This document shows, one piece after another, positions 61,695 to 64,000 of a stretch of DNA of 64,000 nt (position 1 is the stretch's first letter; each line of letters opens with the position of its first letter). The position numbers and the translations under genes are program-made. The notes below the pieces were generated by a model. The model saw only the letters and a list, made by a program, of their open reading frames with translations. It had not been told where the DNA came from and made no database searches. Location of the stretch: assembly GCF_018977255.1 (NCBI RefSeq), contig NW_024704743.1:101744001-101808000 (forward strand). The letters are read 5' to 3'. The DNA comes from Callorhinchus milii (Eukaryota).

Positions 61695-62569
61695 AAGTCT
61701 GTCATTCACCCATGGCTGTTTGTGGGACAATGCTTTGTGTAAGTTGGCTGCTATGTTTGCCTACAAATACACAGTCACTGCATTTCACAGTAAAATAATC
61801 TTGTGAAGTACTTTGAGATGTTTTGATGCCGTGTTAAGGCACTGTATCAAATGCAAGTGAAAACCCTAATAGATGGGATATTCCTACCTTGTCAAGGAGT
61901 GGGAAGCTTGTTTATAATAATTATTATTATATCAAATGCAAGTTATTTTATTATTTGCTAATTTTAGCTGACAATAATTACATCAAGACTAACCCGAAAT
62001 GTTGAAAAGTCATGTCTGCTTTGTGCCCCAGTAAAACATATATGACCTTTAATGGCATTTGTTAAACAAAGAGAAGATGGTATATTTTGATATACTTATG
62101 GGTTCAGTGTGGAATGATATTTCATTACAAAGGCTCCAAGTTATCCAATGGAACTTGCTAATATCTTGAGTATTTCTCCTCTATGTAGTTCCATAAGCCC
62201 AATTCAAAGCCTGTAATTTGTTAGGAACAAGGACTATATGGTGGAAGTATATCAAACTAGCTTCAAAACAAGCAACTTCTTTACGATTATGCTGCATGGA
62301 ATTTACTTTAAATATTGTCTGCTGGGATATTTTTCTGTTAAAGCTGTAAGATCACAATACTGGTTCCACTGATGCAAACACTTAGCTTCTCGGCAGGTTT
62401 ATGTGGGACTGTGAGGTATCGTTGAATAAGTCATAAGCAGACTTATAAAAAAATATTATATCACATAAAGGGCCAATCATCTGAATGACCTGTCTCCTAT
62501 TTGAACTTTGAAACCTGTTTCTATATGTTGTTAAATGCTTAAAACTAGCATCAAACTCCATGGTTGTAC

Positions 62570-63272
62570 ACTTCAACTTACCGAGCCAATCAGGAACCTA
62601 GGTGTCTTGTTCGACCCTCAACTGTCTTTTCTTCCCCACATCCAAGCCATGACTCACTCTGCCTTCCCTCTCCTCCGTAACATTGCCTGACTCCGTCACT
62701 ACCTCACCCCTCAGGCTGCTGAAACTCTTGTTCATGCCTTCATCACCTCCAGGCTCGACTATGCAAACGCCCTGCTTATTGGCCTTCCTAACTCCTCCCC
62801 CACAGGCTGCAGATAATCCACCCGCACCAAACTCCGTGACCCCATCTCCCCCATTGTCGCCTGACTCCATTGGCTCCCTATCCTTCAGAGGATCTAGTTC
62901 AAGATCCTGGTCCTCACCAACAAAGCCCTCCATGGCCTCGCTCCATCCTACCTCTGCGACCTATCAACCCGCCTGCTCTCTCTGCTCAGCCGGCTCCGGC
63001 CTGCTCCATGTCCCCCGACCCACCCACCCTATTATTGGCGGAAGAGCCTTCAGCCACTCTGCCCCCAACCTCTGAAATTCAATCCCCGAATCACTCTGCC
63101 TCACCCCCTCCTTAGCCTCCTTCAAGTCCTGCCTCAATATCCCCTCTTCAACCATACCATCAGCCACCCCGCTTTCCCTCCCCTCCCTTCTCCCCCCCGA
63201 CCCCAGCTTGGGTCTGAAATGCTGTATACTGTCCTCCCGACGTGAAAGGCGCTATACAAATGTAATCTTGTT
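62570..63272 (+). mobile_element. L2 LINE 3' portion
   Basis: AGGAACCTAGGTGTCTTGTTCGACCC, TCCAGGCTCGACTATGCAAAC, IIGGRAFSHSAP; tail GTCCTCCCGACGTGAAAGGCG. Confidence 0.88.
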
Positions 63273-63273
63273 T

Positions 63274-63619
63274 TAATAAAAATAATAAGTCTTGCATTCG
63301 ATATAGCACCTTATCAAGTCTTTGAGACATCAAACGATACACAGAATATACTGAATTAACTGCATATTTTGTGGGCAAAATGCGGCAGCCAATTGGGCAC
63401 AGCAATGTGAATTAAGTGACCAAATTTTTTTAAAAGGGAATATTATCCCTGAAAAAGCGATTCACCAATCAACTAACAACCCTGTTCCTACTTATTGCGA
63501 GGTAAGCAGAGGCGTATGGAGTAAGGTAACTTGCCCAACGTTTTGCCCTGCCTGGGAATTGAACCCAGGTCCTTTCACTTGCAAGGTGAATGCTCTAACC
63601 ACAAAGCACCAGGACTCCA
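63274..63619 (-). mobile_element. SINE family B, tail-to-tail with an L2
   Basis: Reverse complement of family B; abuts the L2 tail at about 63272. Confidence 0.82.
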
Positions 63620-64000
63620 AGTATATGCATATACTTATCACACACATATCAATGCAATCAAACAGAATTCAAATGTTACATTTTTAACATTATTAAAGAG
63701 CCAACTGTGCACAAGTTGGCTGCCACATTACCTACAAAATACACAGTCAATACACTTTACAGTAAAGCCCGTGAAGCACTTTGCAACTTCATCCTGATAT
63801 GAAAAGCTCTATATTAAATACAAGGATTATAAACTGACTTTATTATATCTATCACTAATGGTTTACTAAATGGGAAAAAACTGCCTGAAACAGATGATAT
63901 TTAAAAGTGCACTCAGACCATTATACAATCCTATTCTCTTTTCAAAGCATGTTTTCATTGCCCAACAACACTATTTACATTTAGAGAAGTGCAATCATTT

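Overview
Eukaryotic genomic DNA, most likely from a cartilaginous fish (probably a chimaera/holocephalan, inferred from the repeat families). The only protein-coding gene I can support is KCNV1 (Kv8.1, a silent modifier K+ channel subunit) on the minus strand: two coding exons (41816-40874 and 34332-33824, 483 aa) with a splice acceptor 23 nt upstream of the ATG, so at least one non-coding 5' exon must lie further right. Much of the rest is retroelement debris: three tRNA-headed SINE families sharing an L2-type 3' tail, plus L2 and CR1 LINE fragments, often nested in one another. The most unusual structures are: (1) a ~2 kb array of mixed 17/18-bp units (53340-55315) clamped by a ~80-bp imperfect inverted repeat and surrounded by splice signals, in the probable KCNV1 5' region; (2) a palindromic insert with a 14-bp target-site duplication whose loop carries a degenerate hammerhead-ribozyme core (29139-29323); (3) a foldback built from two converging Helitron-like 5' ends (12366-12952); (4) two SINE copies 5'-truncated at the same tRNA A58-equivalent base; (5) local duplications and a 47-bp templated patch at 25-27 kb and 43-47 kb; (6) a decayed Tc1/mariner end. 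Repeat boundaries are hand-read and approximate, family names are from recalled consensus sequences, and no database search was run.
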